Below, in pieces: positions 18,677-27,573 of a DNA stretch of 64,000 bases. Within the stretch, counting starts at the first letter, position 1. Every line of letters starts with the position of its first letter. The DNA comes from Dehalococcoidia bacterium. Lineage in GTDB: Bacteria > Chloroflexota > Dehalococcoidia > Bin125. The stretch is taken from positions 1,163,040 through 1,227,039 of the forward strand of contig CBDBPH010000002.1 of assembly GCA_965208665.1 (NCBI GenBank), in the 5' to 3' direction. The position numbers and the translations under genes were made by a program. The notes beneath the pieces are model-generated. The model did no database searches, was not told the DNA's origin, and saw only the letters and a program-made list of their open reading frames with translations.

Positions 18677-19144
18677 TTACTCCGATTCTGCCGCTTCGGC
18701 CAGTAGCTCGCCGACCACCGCATTGACCAGCGATCCGTCGGCTTGGCCACGAAGATCCTTCATCAACATCCCCATCACCTTGCCGCGATCGCCCGGACCG
18801 GCCGCGCCCACTTCCGCAATCACCGACCGCGCACGCAGTTCGACTTCATCCCTGGAGAGCTGCTGCGGGAGATAGGCCTCAATGATGGAGATCTCGACGC
18901 GCTCGTTCTCGGCCAAGTCCTCTCGACCACCTTGCGTGAACTGCTCAATCGACTCGCGACGTTGTTTCACTTGTCGCTGGAGAATGGCGAGGATGTCACT
19001 CTCGGCGAGTTCCGTGCCGCGCTTCTCGATCTCGGCATTCTTGATCGCCGCCTCAACCATGCGAATCGTGTTGCGGCGCGGCACATCCTTTGCCCGCATC
19101 GCGTCGCGAAGGTCGGAACGTAGCTGATCTCTTACGCCGGCCAT
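18677..19144 (-). CDS. GatB/YqeY domain protein
   Basis: 155 aa. Has LRDAMRAKD...RMVEAAIKNAEIEK and the C-terminal GKVMG..MK block typical of YqeY. Confidence 0.8.
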   Translation of the reverse strand: MAGVRDQLRSDLRDAMRAKDVPRRNTIRMVEAAIKNAEIEKRGTELAESDILAILQRQVKQRRESIEQFTQGGREDLAENERVEISIIEAYLPQQLSRDEVELRARSVIAEVGAAGPGDRGKVMGMLMKDLRGQADGSLVNAVVGELLAEAAESE

Positions 19145-19205
19145 GGCTCTACGTCATTCAGGCGCGCCTCAACTGGCGCGCGGCTCTAACCGCTGCTCGC
19201 GCGCT

Positions 19206-19349
19206 CTAATCGGCCGACGGCAACACCTTCGGCTGCATCAGCTCCATCTCGCGCTCATCGACTTTCAGGTCGCACTCGCCCGGCTTAATGCAAAGCACCT
19301 CAATGCCTGACTCTTCGTCCCGGTACCGCTTGCCCAGTTGAACTGCCAT
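19206..19349 (-). CDS. small protein (47 aa), degenerate paralogue of the adjacent zinc-ribbon-like peptide
   Basis: Hand-translated: MAVQLGKRYRDEESGIEVLCIKPGECDLKVDEREMELMQPKVLPSAD. GGGGAG lies about 9 nt upstream. Shares GKRY...E.L/I with 19409-19531 but lacks its CxxC. Below the ORF-track length cutoff. Confidence 0.35.
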   Translation of the reverse strand: MAVQLGKRYRDEESGIEVLCIKPGECDLKVDEREMELMQPKVLPSAD

Positions 19350-19408
19350 CTGACCTACTCCCCCACTCGCTCGGTGGTCTGTCTGCTGGCCGACTGCCAG
19401 TGGCGCAG

Positions 19409-19531
19409 CTACTTCTTCTCTTCGAGCGGCGTGTCACCGCACTTGAGCTCTGCGTCACCGCCGCGCGTCACGATAAACTCCGCGCCGCAGCTCGGACAGA
19501 AGTAACGCTTGCCGGTCTGTGCTGCTGCCAT
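19409..19531 (-). CDS. small zinc-ribbon / desulforedoxin-like peptide (40 aa)
   Basis: Hand-translated: MAAAQTGKRYFCPSCGAEFIVTRGGDAELKCGDTPLEEKK. AGGAGA Shine-Dalgarno upstream. The pattern GKRY.C..CG.E..VT..G.....C resembles small metal-binding peptides. Confidence 0.5.
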   Translation of the reverse strand: MAAAQTGKRYFCPSCGAEFIVTRGGDAELKCGDTPLEEKK

Positions 19532-19657
19532 CCTGACTCTCCTGACCCCGCCGGTCGGCTGGCGAGGATTTGCTTGCAACGCCGAACTTGGAATACAGGT
19601 CAGCGTACCAGTGACGATCGATTCAACATGCGCGCGACGGCGACCATCCGACTCAGC

Positions 19658-20659
19658 TTATGACGACCCGCTGTGGCTGCTCAACCAGTCCGCGAGATCC
19701 GCTGAGGTCTGGCCGCACGTGTTCGAGGTGACCTGGGTCGCTGGTGTGGGCACTGGCAGGCCGGCGGCGAACCGCTCCTCGGCCGTCACCAGGTTCTGCT
19801 CGGCCGCACGATAGTCGCTCGCGATCTTGAGCCAGGCACGGTTGATCGCGACTTCCTGTTGCACGCCTGAAGCCGCGCTGAAGGCCGACCGCGCGTCGGC
19901 AATCGAAGCCGAATCGTCCGATGTCCGAATGGTTACGACGGCCAGCACCAGAGCGGTATAACCCTTCTCGTACGCGGCCAACGCATCCTGCGCTTCCTGC
20001 TGACCCTCTCCGGCCTCCTCCGCTGCCGCGACGGCTTCACGCAGGCTCGATAGCTCAGCATCGTCAGCTTCTGTTCGGGCAACTGCGCCTTCGGCTGCCT
20101 GAACATCCGCGAACCATCCCGACGCCTTCAGCGTCGTTTCTGCGGCATCCAGGGCGATGTGCAGATTGCCAATCGTTACCTCGTCCAGGTGGACAGCGTG
20201 CTCCACGGCCCTCTCCCAGGCGTTTCCGGCGTTGGTCGTGATCAGCGTGACAAGGTTGTCGATCTTGAAGCCGTCGAGCGAGCCACCCTGATCGATGCTC
20301 CACGGCGGCATCGGGGTCCCGTTGCGTCCGCAGGTGATCGTGTAGCGGTACTCGGTCTGCAGATTCTGGAGCTGTCCTTGGTTGTCGGTCAGGAAGGCGT
20401 ATGTGTTGTTCGGCGTATTCAGTGCCGGCCCGACCAGAGACGCGTCTGACTCGGAGCCGCGGCCGTCGTTGCCGTGGCACTCGCGGCAGTTGTTGGCGAA
20501 CGTCCAGGCCGCCCGCTCGGCGTCCTTGGTCAGGATCTCCGAGCGAGCCTCGGTGCGGCGCCCGTTGTCGAACCACGTGTAGGCGCCCAGCGAAGCCACC
20601 GACAGCACCAGCAGGATCACCATGGCGAGAATCTGCTTCTCGGTGTTCTGTCCGCTCAT
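19658..20659 (-). CDS. membrane-anchored mono-haem c-type cytochrome with long Ala-rich C-terminal extension (bc-complex cyt c subunit)
   Basis: N-terminal TM helix and a single CRECHG (CxxCH) haem site. Last gene of the cyt b6/subunit IV/Rieske operon. Confidence 0.75.
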   Translation of the reverse strand: MSGQNTEKQILAMVILLVLSVASLGAYTWFDNGRRTEARSEILTKDAERAAWTFANNCRECHGNDGRGSESDASLVGPALNTPNNTYAFLTDNQGQLQNLQTEYRYTITCGRNGTPMPPWSIDQGGSLDGFKIDNLVTLITTNAGNAWERAVEHAVHLDEVTIGNLHIALDAAETTLKASGWFADVQAAEGAVARTEADDAELSSLREAVAAAEEAGEGQQEAQDALAAYEKGYTALVLAVVTIRTSDDSASIADARSAFSAASGVQQEVAINRAWLKIASDYRAAEQNLVTAEERFAAGLPVPTPATQVTSNTCGQTSADLADWLSSHSGSS

Positions 20660-20720
20660 CGTCCTCTATTCCCCGTGTTTGCCGACTGGCCGATTGCTCG
20701 ACAGGCGCCTGGCCAGCTGG

Positions 20721-21449
20721 TTAGCCGTAGGACGTGGTGCGCTGAGGATTGTCCTCACCGCCCTTTTTGATGTTGCCGGTGTTGACCGTCAGTGAGCCAT
20801 CGCTGTTGACGGTGATTTCCATCGTGTCCATTGGGCGCGGCGCCGGCCCGAAGACCCGAATGCCGCCCTTGGTATACGTCGATCCGTGACACGGGCAGCG
20901 GAACCATCCTGTCACCCCCTCAAACGGGAACCCCGCTCGCCAGGGGATGGTGCAGCCGAGATGGGGGCACTTCCACCACAGGGCTAGCAGTCCCTCATCG
21001 CCTTCGAGCCCGAAGCCCGCGTGCGTGCCATCGCCGGCGCGCAGATGGGTCAGGTAAAACTTCCCGATCTGGATTGGCGCAGGGTCGGAGCCCACATCCG
21101 GGACCGCGCCGGCAGCCACGCTAATCCGACCGCCGAAGCCCGTCACGCCGCGCGGCCAGAAGTTCGATAGGAATGCCCCCAGGCCGCCGGTCAACCCGAA
21201 GGTGAAGAAACCCCAGAACGACACGCGAAGAAGCTGGCGCCGGGTGACCTGACCCTGGCGAGCGCGTCGCCGCTGGGCTCGGGTGACCATCGCGCGTGCG
21301 CCTTCGCCCCCGGGCACAACACCAGCACGCGACTCGGCCCGGAGATGCGGAGCGCGCTGCGGCCGCGAACCACCGGACGGCTCAGCCGGCGCGGGCACGC
21401 GGCGCTGCTGTCCGCCTTCGCCCGTCTGTTGTGTGTTGCCGTTGGCCAC
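20721..21449 (-). CDS. Rieske [2Fe-2S] subunit of cytochrome bc complex
   Basis: Rieske boxes CPHLGC and CPCHGS. Tat-like TRRQLL before the TM helix. The first ~53 aa are low complexity, so an alternative start at Met-54 (21290) is possible. Confidence 0.9.
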   Translation of the reverse strand: MANGNTQQTGEGGQQRRVPAPAEPSGGSRPQRAPHLRAESRAGVVPGGEGARAMVTRAQRRRARQGQVTRRQLLRVSFWGFFTFGLTGGLGAFLSNFWPRGVTGFGGRISVAAGAVPDVGSDPAPIQIGKFYLTHLRAGDGTHAGFGLEGDEGLLALWWKCPHLGCTIPWRAGFPFEGVTGWFRCPCHGSTYTKGGIRVFGPAPRPMDTMEITVNSDGSLTVNTGNIKKGGEDNPQRTTSYG

Positions 21450-21452
21450 CGC

Positions 21453-22352
21453 TTACTCCTCCAGCACCACGATGTCCCAGGGCGGCTTGAGGTCCTGTCC
21501 CTGGCCGCGGAAGGCAGTACCGACAATCGTCGTCGTCAGGTAGACGCCGATGAAGGCCGAGAAGATGAGCAGAGCGATGTCGCGCCGAGTTTGGATCCAG
21601 CCGAGCATCTTGCAGAACAGCACGAACGCGATCGGCAGGCCGACCATCGTCGCGACCGGGATGATCTGCTGGGAGAGGAAGGACGGGAAATTGAGGTTTA
21701 GCAGCCACGGATCGGTCGTCGTCCCCGGAATGCCCAGAGGGATGGCCCGCCAATCCTCAAACATCGTGAATCCGCCGATGGTAAACCCTATCGATTCCCA
21801 CGGAATGCCTGTATCGAAGCCGCGCAGGTTGCGGAACCAGTCGAGCCCGCCCGGCCACGAGAAATCGCTGTTCAGGCCCAGGCCGCGGATGATGTTTTCC
21901 GTCCACACGACGTGCAACGAACCGTCCCAGATGATCAGCAGGCTCGTGATCAGCGTCGCGGCGGTGAACCCAAAGACAGTCAGCCGACCCGCGAACTTCG
22001 TCCCGAACCAAACTCCCTGACCTTCCGTGTCGCGGTCCCAGTACGGGATCGCAGCCAGCAGGACGAGGGCAATCGTGGGCACGATCACGCCGGCCCAGGC
22101 GGGTTCCATATGCAGTAGGAGTTCCTGCAGGTTGAGGAAGTACCACGGAGCCTTGGATGGGTTCGGCGTCGTGTCCGGGTCAGCGCGGTTGAGCAACGGC
22201 GCGTTGACCATCGCCGAGAGCACCATCAGCGCAATCGAGAAGATCAGTGCAGAGATGAACTCGATGAAGACGAGGTCCGGCCAGACCAGGACTTCCTGTT
22301 CCCGCTCACGGCGCGGTCGGATGCGGATCGCTGCAGCGGCGCGGCTGACCAT
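21453..22352 (-). CDS. cytochrome b C-terminal domain / subunit IV-like protein (extended)
   Basis: The PSKAPWYFLNLQELL block corresponds to the PEWY region of cyt b/subunit IV. There are several extra TM helices. Confidence 0.85.
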   Translation of the reverse strand: MVSRAAAAIRIRPRREREQEVLVWPDLVFIEFISALIFSIALMVLSAMVNAPLLNRADPDTTPNPSKAPWYFLNLQELLLHMEPAWAGVIVPTIALVLLAAIPYWDRDTEGQGVWFGTKFAGRLTVFGFTAATLITSLLIIWDGSLHVVWTENIIRGLGLNSDFSWPGGLDWFRNLRGFDTGIPWESIGFTIGGFTMFEDWRAIPLGIPGTTTDPWLLNLNFPSFLSQQIIPVATMVGLPIAFVLFCKMLGWIQTRRDIALLIFSAFIGVYLTTTIVGTAFRGQGQDLKPPWDIVVLEE

Positions 22353-22370
22353 TAAGTCTGTCCTCCCCCG

Positions 22371-23126
22371 CTACAGCGGCCGTGCGAGGCCGCCGTCGCG
22401 ACGGACCCGCCAGAAGTGCACGGCCATGAAGATCGAGATCACCAACGGCAATCCAATCACGTGCAGTGTGTAGAACCGAATCAGCGCGTTCGGGCCTACG
22501 GAGAAACCACCAAGCAGGAGGAACTTCGATTCGTCGCCCAGGACCGGCGCCGAGCCGACCATCGTCGTGCCGACGGTGATCGCCCAGAACGCCAGCTGGT
22601 CCCACGGCAGCAGGTAGCCGGTAAAGGAGAGCAGCAACGTCAGGATGAAGAGCACCACGCCCACGACCCAATTGAACTCGCGGGGCGGCTTGTAGGCGCC
22701 GGTGTAGAAGACGCGCATCATGTGCAGCAGCACGAGGATGATCATCGCATGCGCCATCCAGCGGTGCATGTTGCGCAACAGCTGCCCGAAGCGGACATTC
22801 GCCTCAAGCTCCTGGATGTCCTGATAGGCGCGCTCGATCGATGGCACGTAATAGAACATCAAGAGCACGCCGGTCACGGTCAGACCCAGGAACATGAAGA
22901 AGGACAGGCCGCCCAGGCAATAGGTATGGGTGATCTTGACGTGCGTGCGGTGAATTCGCGTCGGATGCAGGTGGAGGAAGACGTTGGTGGCAACGGCCAA
23001 CATCTGATTACGCGGCGTATTGGGGTAGCCCGTCCGGAAGATCGACTGCCAGACGTAATTCTTGAAGATCAGATCGTAGATCAGGTCGTTGAACGACTTG
23101 CGCGGCGCGCGTTCAAGATTCGCCAT
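22371..23126 (-). CDS. cytochrome b6-like (N-terminal haem-binding half of cytochrome b)
   Basis: A four-helix cytochrome b N-domain with conserved His in helices B and D (HLHP..., [16 protein letters not shown]). Confidence 0.9.
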   Translation of the reverse strand: MANLERAPRKSFNDLIYDLIFKNYVWQSIFRTGYPNTPRNQMLAVATNVFLHLHPTRIHRTHVKITHTYCLGGLSFFMFLGLTVTGVLLMFYYVPSIERAYQDIQELEANVRFGQLLRNMHRWMAHAMIILVLLHMMRVFYTGAYKPPREFNWVVGVVLFILTLLLSFTGYLLPWDQLAFWAITVGTTMVGSAPVLGDESKFLLLGGFSVGPNALIRFYTLHVIGLPLVISIFMAVHFWRVRRDGGLARPL

Positions 23127-23132
23127 GGCCGA

Positions 23133-23213
23133 TTAGCGCTCCCACCAGCGTCCGAGAATCACGAGCGCACCGAAGCAGAAGAGCATTGTCAACCCGACCA
23201 GCGGGAGCTCCAT
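23133..23213 (-). CDS. possible 26-aa single-TM peptide immediately upstream of cyt b6
   Basis: Hand-translated: MELPLVGLTMLFCFGALVILGRWWER. The stop lies 6 nt before the cyt b6 ATG. No clear Shine-Dalgarno. Speculative. Confidence 0.3.
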   Translation of the reverse strand: MELPLVGLTMLFCFGALVILGRWWER

Positions 23214-23290
23214 GATCTCGGAACGGAATGGAATCGTCACGAGGGCGGCTGTCAGCAGGTCCACCAGCTACCTCTTCCCACGATTATCCC

Positions 23291-23311
23291 GCGCGCCCCA
23301 TCGGGGCGCGC
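23291..23311 (-). terminator. perfect 9-bp GC hairpin downstream of purM (possible terminator)
   Basis: GCGCGCCCC-ATC-GGGGCGCGC, about 85 nt after the purM stop. No U-tract follows, so the call is weak. Confidence 0.25.
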
Positions 23312-23394
23312 TCAAGAAATGTAAGCCCGCAGGGAATTCTGGTCAAGATCGCGGCCCCGCTCTGGCTGCTGTCGGGCAAGTCCTGTCGGTCTAC

Positions 23395-24480
23395 TCAGAC
23401 CACCCTGCCTGCCCGCATTATCGCAACTCGACTTGATACAGACGAGTCACCCGGGAGCACCTCGCCGATTCTCGATGCGTCCTCGATTTCATCCACCATC
23501 GTGGCGGCGTCCTCCGCAGCGACCACAACAGCCATGCCGAGGCCCATGTTGAAGACTCGGTACATCTCCGCCGTGGATAGCTCAGCCCGACGGCGGATCA
23601 ACTCGAAAACCGGTGGCTCCGCCCAGCAGGACGAATCGAGCAAGACACGGACATCATCGGGGAGCACGCGCTCGATGTTCCCAGCGATTCCGCCACCAGT
23701 GATGTGCGCAATGCCCTTAATCCGGTGCAAACAGCCGCGCAGCGCCGGCCAGTAGGAGATATGCGGGCGCAGCAGGGCGTCGGCCAGCGCCTCGTTCAGA
23801 TCAGGCTCGTAGCGGTCAAGCCGGGCCTGACGGTCTGTCCAGGATCCGTCTTCCGGTCGCAGCCCGAACACCTGACGGGCCAGCGAGTAACCGTTGGTAT
23901 GCAGTCCGTTGCTCGGTAGTCCCAGCAACACGTCGCCCGACGCGATCGACGCGCCGGTGATCTCCCGACCCCGTTCGACTACACCGACGATCGTGCCGGC
24001 CAGGTCGAAATGCCCGGCGGGATACAGGTCAGGCATATCGGCCGTCTCACCGCCGAGTAGCGCAATCCCGCTCTCCCGGCAGGCGGCGGCGACACCCGAA
24101 ACAACGGCGACCTTGTCGTCCTCCGACAGTTCGTTCGCCGCGAGGTAGTCGAGGAAGAAGAGCGGCGCCGCTCCCACACAGAGAATGTCGTTAATGCAGT
24201 GGTTGACCAGGTCGTGGCCGACGCCTTCGAGGCGTCCGGCCAGGCTCGCCAGCATGACCTTGGTTCCGACGCCGTCGGTCGATGCGGCCAGCACGGGCCG
24301 TTCGTACCCGGACAGTTCGAACAGGCCGCTGAACGCGCCCACATCGCCCAGTTGCTCAGGGCGTGTCGCTGAATGCGCCAGATCGCGGTATCGGGGGATC
24401 AGCCGATCATTGGCATCCACGTCGACGCCGACGGCCGCGTAAGCGGATGCGCTCTGCTCGATTCGCTCGGTCTGGGACAT
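23395..24480 (-). CDS. purM: phosphoribosylformylglycinamidine cyclo-ligase (AIR synthetase)
   Basis: Has DGVGTK, NDILCVGA.PLFFLDY and GGETAxMP blocks. Confidence 0.95.
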   Translation of the reverse strand: MSQTERIEQSASAYAAVGVDVDANDRLIPRYRDLAHSATRPEQLGDVGAFSGLFELSGYERPVLAASTDGVGTKVMLASLAGRLEGVGHDLVNHCINDILCVGAAPLFFLDYLAANELSEDDKVAVVSGVAAACRESGIALLGGETADMPDLYPAGHFDLAGTIVGVVERGREITGASIASGDVLLGLPSNGLHTNGYSLARQVFGLRPEDGSWTDRQARLDRYEPDLNEALADALLRPHISYWPALRGCLHRIKGIAHITGGGIAGNIERVLPDDVRVLLDSSCWAEPPVFELIRRRAELSTAEMYRVFNMGLGMAVVVAAEDAATMVDEIEDASRIGEVLPGDSSVSSRVAIMRAGRVV

Positions 24481-24483
24481 CGC

Positions 24484-26073
24484 TCAGCGGCGCTCCGGCG
24501 CGAGCGCAACCCGTGTTTCGTCCGAGCGGCCGTTCCGAGGTGGCGTAGCGCCGTTCCCATTGCCGTTCACGCGCGGAGGGGCAGCAGTGACCAGAGGAAC
24601 CGCCAACGTGTCGATCTCGAAATCAGTCTGGACCGATACCGGGTAGTCGCCGTTGAAACAGGCCAGGCAGGTGGTTTTCCCCAGCGACAGGGCGCGCTGC
24701 AGACCCTCCTGGCTCAGGTAGCCAAGCGAATCCGCGCCCAGGTGTTGGCGAATCTCTTCGACTGACTGCCGCGCCGCGATCAGTTCCTGCCGTGTCGCCA
24801 TGTCGACGCCGAAGTGACAGGGATGGCGGATCGGCGGAGCAGCGATGCGCATATGGATCTCCGCCGCGCCCGCTTCACGCAACAGCTTCACGATCCGTGG
24901 CGTCGTCGTGCCGCGGACGATCGTGTCGTCTACGACGACCACACGCCGGCCGGCCAACACCGAGGGCATCGGGTTGTACTTCAGATGCGCGCCCAGGTCG
25001 CGCAGACGCTGGTCAGGGGAGATAAACGTGCGCCCCACATAGCGGTTCTTGACCAGACCCTCCGAGTAGGGAATCCCCGACTCGGACGAGTAACCGATCG
25101 CGTGCGCCGTCGCCGAGTCGGGTACGCCAATCACGATGTCCCCGTCCGCCGGTTGTTCGCGCGCCAGCTCGACGCCCAGCTGCGTCCGCGATTGCCATGC
25201 CGCCTGACCATCGAGGATCGAGTCAGGTCGCGCGAAGTAGATGTGCTCGAACACGCAGCCGGCCGGCTGGGCGGGGAAGATCGCCTGGTACGAGCGCATG
25301 CCGCGATCGTCGATCGTGATCAGCTCACCCGGCCTGACTTCGCGCAGCAGTGTCGCGCCGAGTTGGTCAAGCGCACAGGTCTCCGACGCCACCACGTAGC
25401 GGCCGCCGACCTCTCCGATGCACAGCGGCCGGACGCCATATGGATCGCGAGCGGCCATCAGCCGATCGGGGGTCAGTAAGACCAATGAGTACGCCACTTC
25501 GATATGCCGCATCAGCGCACTGAAGCGCGTCTCCCAGACCTCGTCGATCTCCTCCTCGTCGTCGCCGAAGAGCAGCAGGTACTTGGCCAGCACCTCGGTG
25601 TCTGTCGAGGTTTCGAAGGTGGCCCCGTTCTCACTCAGCTCGACCCGGACCTGAGCCGCGTTGACGACGTTGCCGTTGTGCGCGATCGCCATCTGCTCGC
25701 CTGTCAAAGGATCGTCAAGCAGGATTGGCTGCGCGTTGCGAAATCGGCTGGCGCCGGTCGTGGAGTAGCGCGTGTGCCCAATGGCGGCGATGCCTTCCAG
25801 CTCTGCCGCGCTCTCTTCGTCGAATACCTGGGCGACCAGACCCATGCCGGTCTTGACCGTGAGCCTGCGGCCGTCGGTAGTGCAAATCCCGGCGCTCTCC
25901 TGCCCGCGATGCTGCAGCGTGTGGATGCCATAGAACGTTTCGACCGCGACATCCACCTCGGGCGCCCAGATGCCGAACACGCCGCATGCCTCGCGCGGGC
26001 GGTCGTCAATCGCGCGTACCGGGATGTCGGGATGCGGCGGTTCTGGATCCGAGTCGGCAATCGGCTGCTGCAC
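24484..26073 (-). CDS. purF: amidophosphoribosyltransferase
   Basis: N-terminal nucleophile CGVFGI after a propeptide, the Ntn-glutaminase domain, and the PRTase motif VVVVDDTIVRGTT. Confidence 0.95.
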   Translation of the reverse strand: MQQPIADSDPEPPHPDIPVRAIDDRPREACGVFGIWAPEVDVAVETFYGIHTLQHRGQESAGICTTDGRRLTVKTGMGLVAQVFDEESAAELEGIAAIGHTRYSTTGASRFRNAQPILLDDPLTGEQMAIAHNGNVVNAAQVRVELSENGATFETSTDTEVLAKYLLLFGDDEEEIDEVWETRFSALMRHIEVAYSLVLLTPDRLMAARDPYGVRPLCIGEVGGRYVVASETCALDQLGATLLREVRPGELITIDDRGMRSYQAIFPAQPAGCVFEHIYFARPDSILDGQAAWQSRTQLGVELAREQPADGDIVIGVPDSATAHAIGYSSESGIPYSEGLVKNRYVGRTFISPDQRLRDLGAHLKYNPMPSVLAGRRVVVVDDTIVRGTTTPRIVKLLREAGAAEIHMRIAAPPIRHPCHFGVDMATRQELIAARQSVEEIRQHLGADSLGYLSQEGLQRALSLGKTTCLACFNGDYPVSVQTDFEIDTLAVPLVTAAPPRVNGNGNGATPPRNGRSDETRVALAPERR

Positions 26074-26115
26074 GCGCAGGCCTCGCGTTAGTCGATACCG
26101 TGGTGTGTCTGCACG

Positions 26116-26592
26116 TTAACGCACCTGATCCGTCGGTACCAGACGCCGATGTTCAACCATGAGGCATCTGTCCTCGATGGCACGTAGGCCGGCGGCTCGC
26201 GCCTGATTCAGACCATCGGGATTGACGATCCCGAGCTGCAGCCAGACCGTGCGCACGCCCCCCGACCACGCGGCGATCGCGTCGGCAATCGGTCGGTCGG
26301 TGTCGACCGAGCGTCGGAACACGTTGACCGTGTCGATTTCGAGGCCCGGCAGCGCCTGCCGCGCATCCTCAAGCGAGGCGTAAACGTGCTCGCCCAGGAT
26401 CTCCGTCCCCGCCGCAGCCGGATTGATTGGGATGATCCGATATCCGTGCCGCTGCATGTACGCGCTCACGCGATGAGAATCGCGCTCCGCATTCGGAGAG
26501 AGTCCAATCACCGCAATCGTTGCCATGTCGGAGAGCGAAGCCCGGACATCGGCGTCGATCCGCGCTTGCCAACCAGATACGGTGTCGGTCAT
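26116..26592 (-). CDS. CoA-binding domain protein (YccU/YneT-like)
   Basis: Has IAVIGLSPN..RDSHRV..Y....GY.IIPINP. Start set at the internal ATG (MTDTVSG, verified), 8 nt after the upstream gene stop. Confidence 0.8.
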   Translation of the reverse strand: MTDTVSGWQARIDADVRASLSDMATIAVIGLSPNAERDSHRVSAYMQRHGYRIIPINPAAAGTEILGEHVYASLEDARQALPGLEIDTVNVFRRSVDTDRPIADAIAAWSGGVRTVWLQLGIVNPDGLNQARAAGLRAIEDRCLMVEHRRLVPTDQVR

Positions 26593-26600
26593 CAGTGCTC

Positions 26601-27299
26601 CTACCAGATCGGCCCGCGGATCGGCGCTTCCGTCAGCGCCGAAAACGCCTCTGCGACTTCGAAGATTTGCTGTAGTCCCTCTTCCTCGTGCTGGCGTGGC
26701 GTCGAGACGGATCCGAGCACGTGTCTCGTACCGCTCTTCTTGACCAGGACCAGTTGCCACTGCGCGAACTCCTCGGCCGGAATCGTCCCGCCCGCGCGGG
26801 CGATCTCGCGGCCCTCGTCTTCCACCAGCAGCTCGCGGATCTTCCAGAACGGGATCAGTTCGTTCGTCCCAATCCCGAGTCCCAGGAATCGTTGCTTCAT
26901 CGAAACGTTTTGACCGCCGCGATCGGCGACGATATTGGCGCCCATCAGGGCGTACACCAACGAGATCCCGGACAGCGGCAGGAGCACCACGGCGAAGAGC
27001 AGCAGGATGCCCATCAGCCAGAACGGGAACGAGTCGACCGACGCTCCCATCAGTACCAGCAGGCCCGCGGTCAGAGCTACGCCAAACAAGGGCACAATCA
27101 CAGCCGACCGTGGCGGCCGAACCTCGATTCGCTCCGGCGTAATCGTCACTACGCGACGGTGCAGAATCAGCACCCGAGCGGCGAGCGGTTCGGCGATAGC
27201 GTCTGGACGATCCAGCAGCCGCTCTTCGACATCGTCGAGCCCGTCGTCGACGTCAGCCAACTGGGTCGAGTGGGTTGATTCGGTCGATTCCGTGGTCAC
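26601..27299 (-). CDS. hypothetical membrane protein (2 TM helices plus soluble C-terminal domain)
   Basis: 232-aa ORF with an acidic N-terminus and two long hydrophobic stretches. No recognised motif. Confidence 0.5.
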   Translation of the reverse strand: MTTESTESTHSTQLADVDDGLDDVEERLLDRPDAIAEPLAARVLILHRRVVTITPERIEVRPPRSAVIVPLFGVALTAGLLVLMGASVDSFPFWLMGILLLFAVVLLPLSGISLVYALMGANIVADRGGQNVSMKQRFLGLGIGTNELIPFWKIRELLVEDEGREIARAGGTIPAEEFAQWQLVLVKKSGTRHVLGSVSTPRQHEEEGLQQIFEVAEAFSALTEAPIRGPIW

Positions 27300-27333
27300 A
27301 ACGCAAGCCTATCAACGGCGATATGCTCGCTGC

Positions 27334-27573
27334 ATGGCCCCGATGGACCGAACCCGTCTGACCGGTCTCACCCTGATGATCGCCGCTGCGTTTCAGGCGA
27401 TCTGGTTCCTGGCGGGCGTCCGCCGCCGCAGCTACGCCGCCGTCGCCATCCCCGCCGCCGCAATCACGTTGACCGCGGCCGTCTTGCTCTTCTGGGTTGG
27501 CTGGACAACCTACGAACTCGAAGACGACCTCGAGGGTCTCAACTTCGTCCCCGAGCCGCTCGACGACATCTAG
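27334..27573 (+). CDS. hypothetical small membrane protein (79 aa, 2 TM helices)
   Basis: An internal ATG of the track ORF 26935-27573 gives MAPMDRTRLTGLTLMIAAAFQAIWFLAG...AAITLTAAVLLFWVGW. The upstream part of that ORF is Ser/Arg-rich junk antisense to 26601-27299. Confidence 0.4.
   Translation: MAPMDRTRLTGLTLMIAAAFQAIWFLAGVRRRSYAAVAIPAAAITLTAAVLLFWVGWTTYELEDDLEGLNFVPEPLDDI

Noticed and set aside
21290-21449. Treating the Rieske N-terminal 53 residues as non-coding
   Set aside because: Not rejected outright. The long start leaves only a 3-nt gap to the upstream gene, which fits the operon style, so I kept the long form and noted the alternative.
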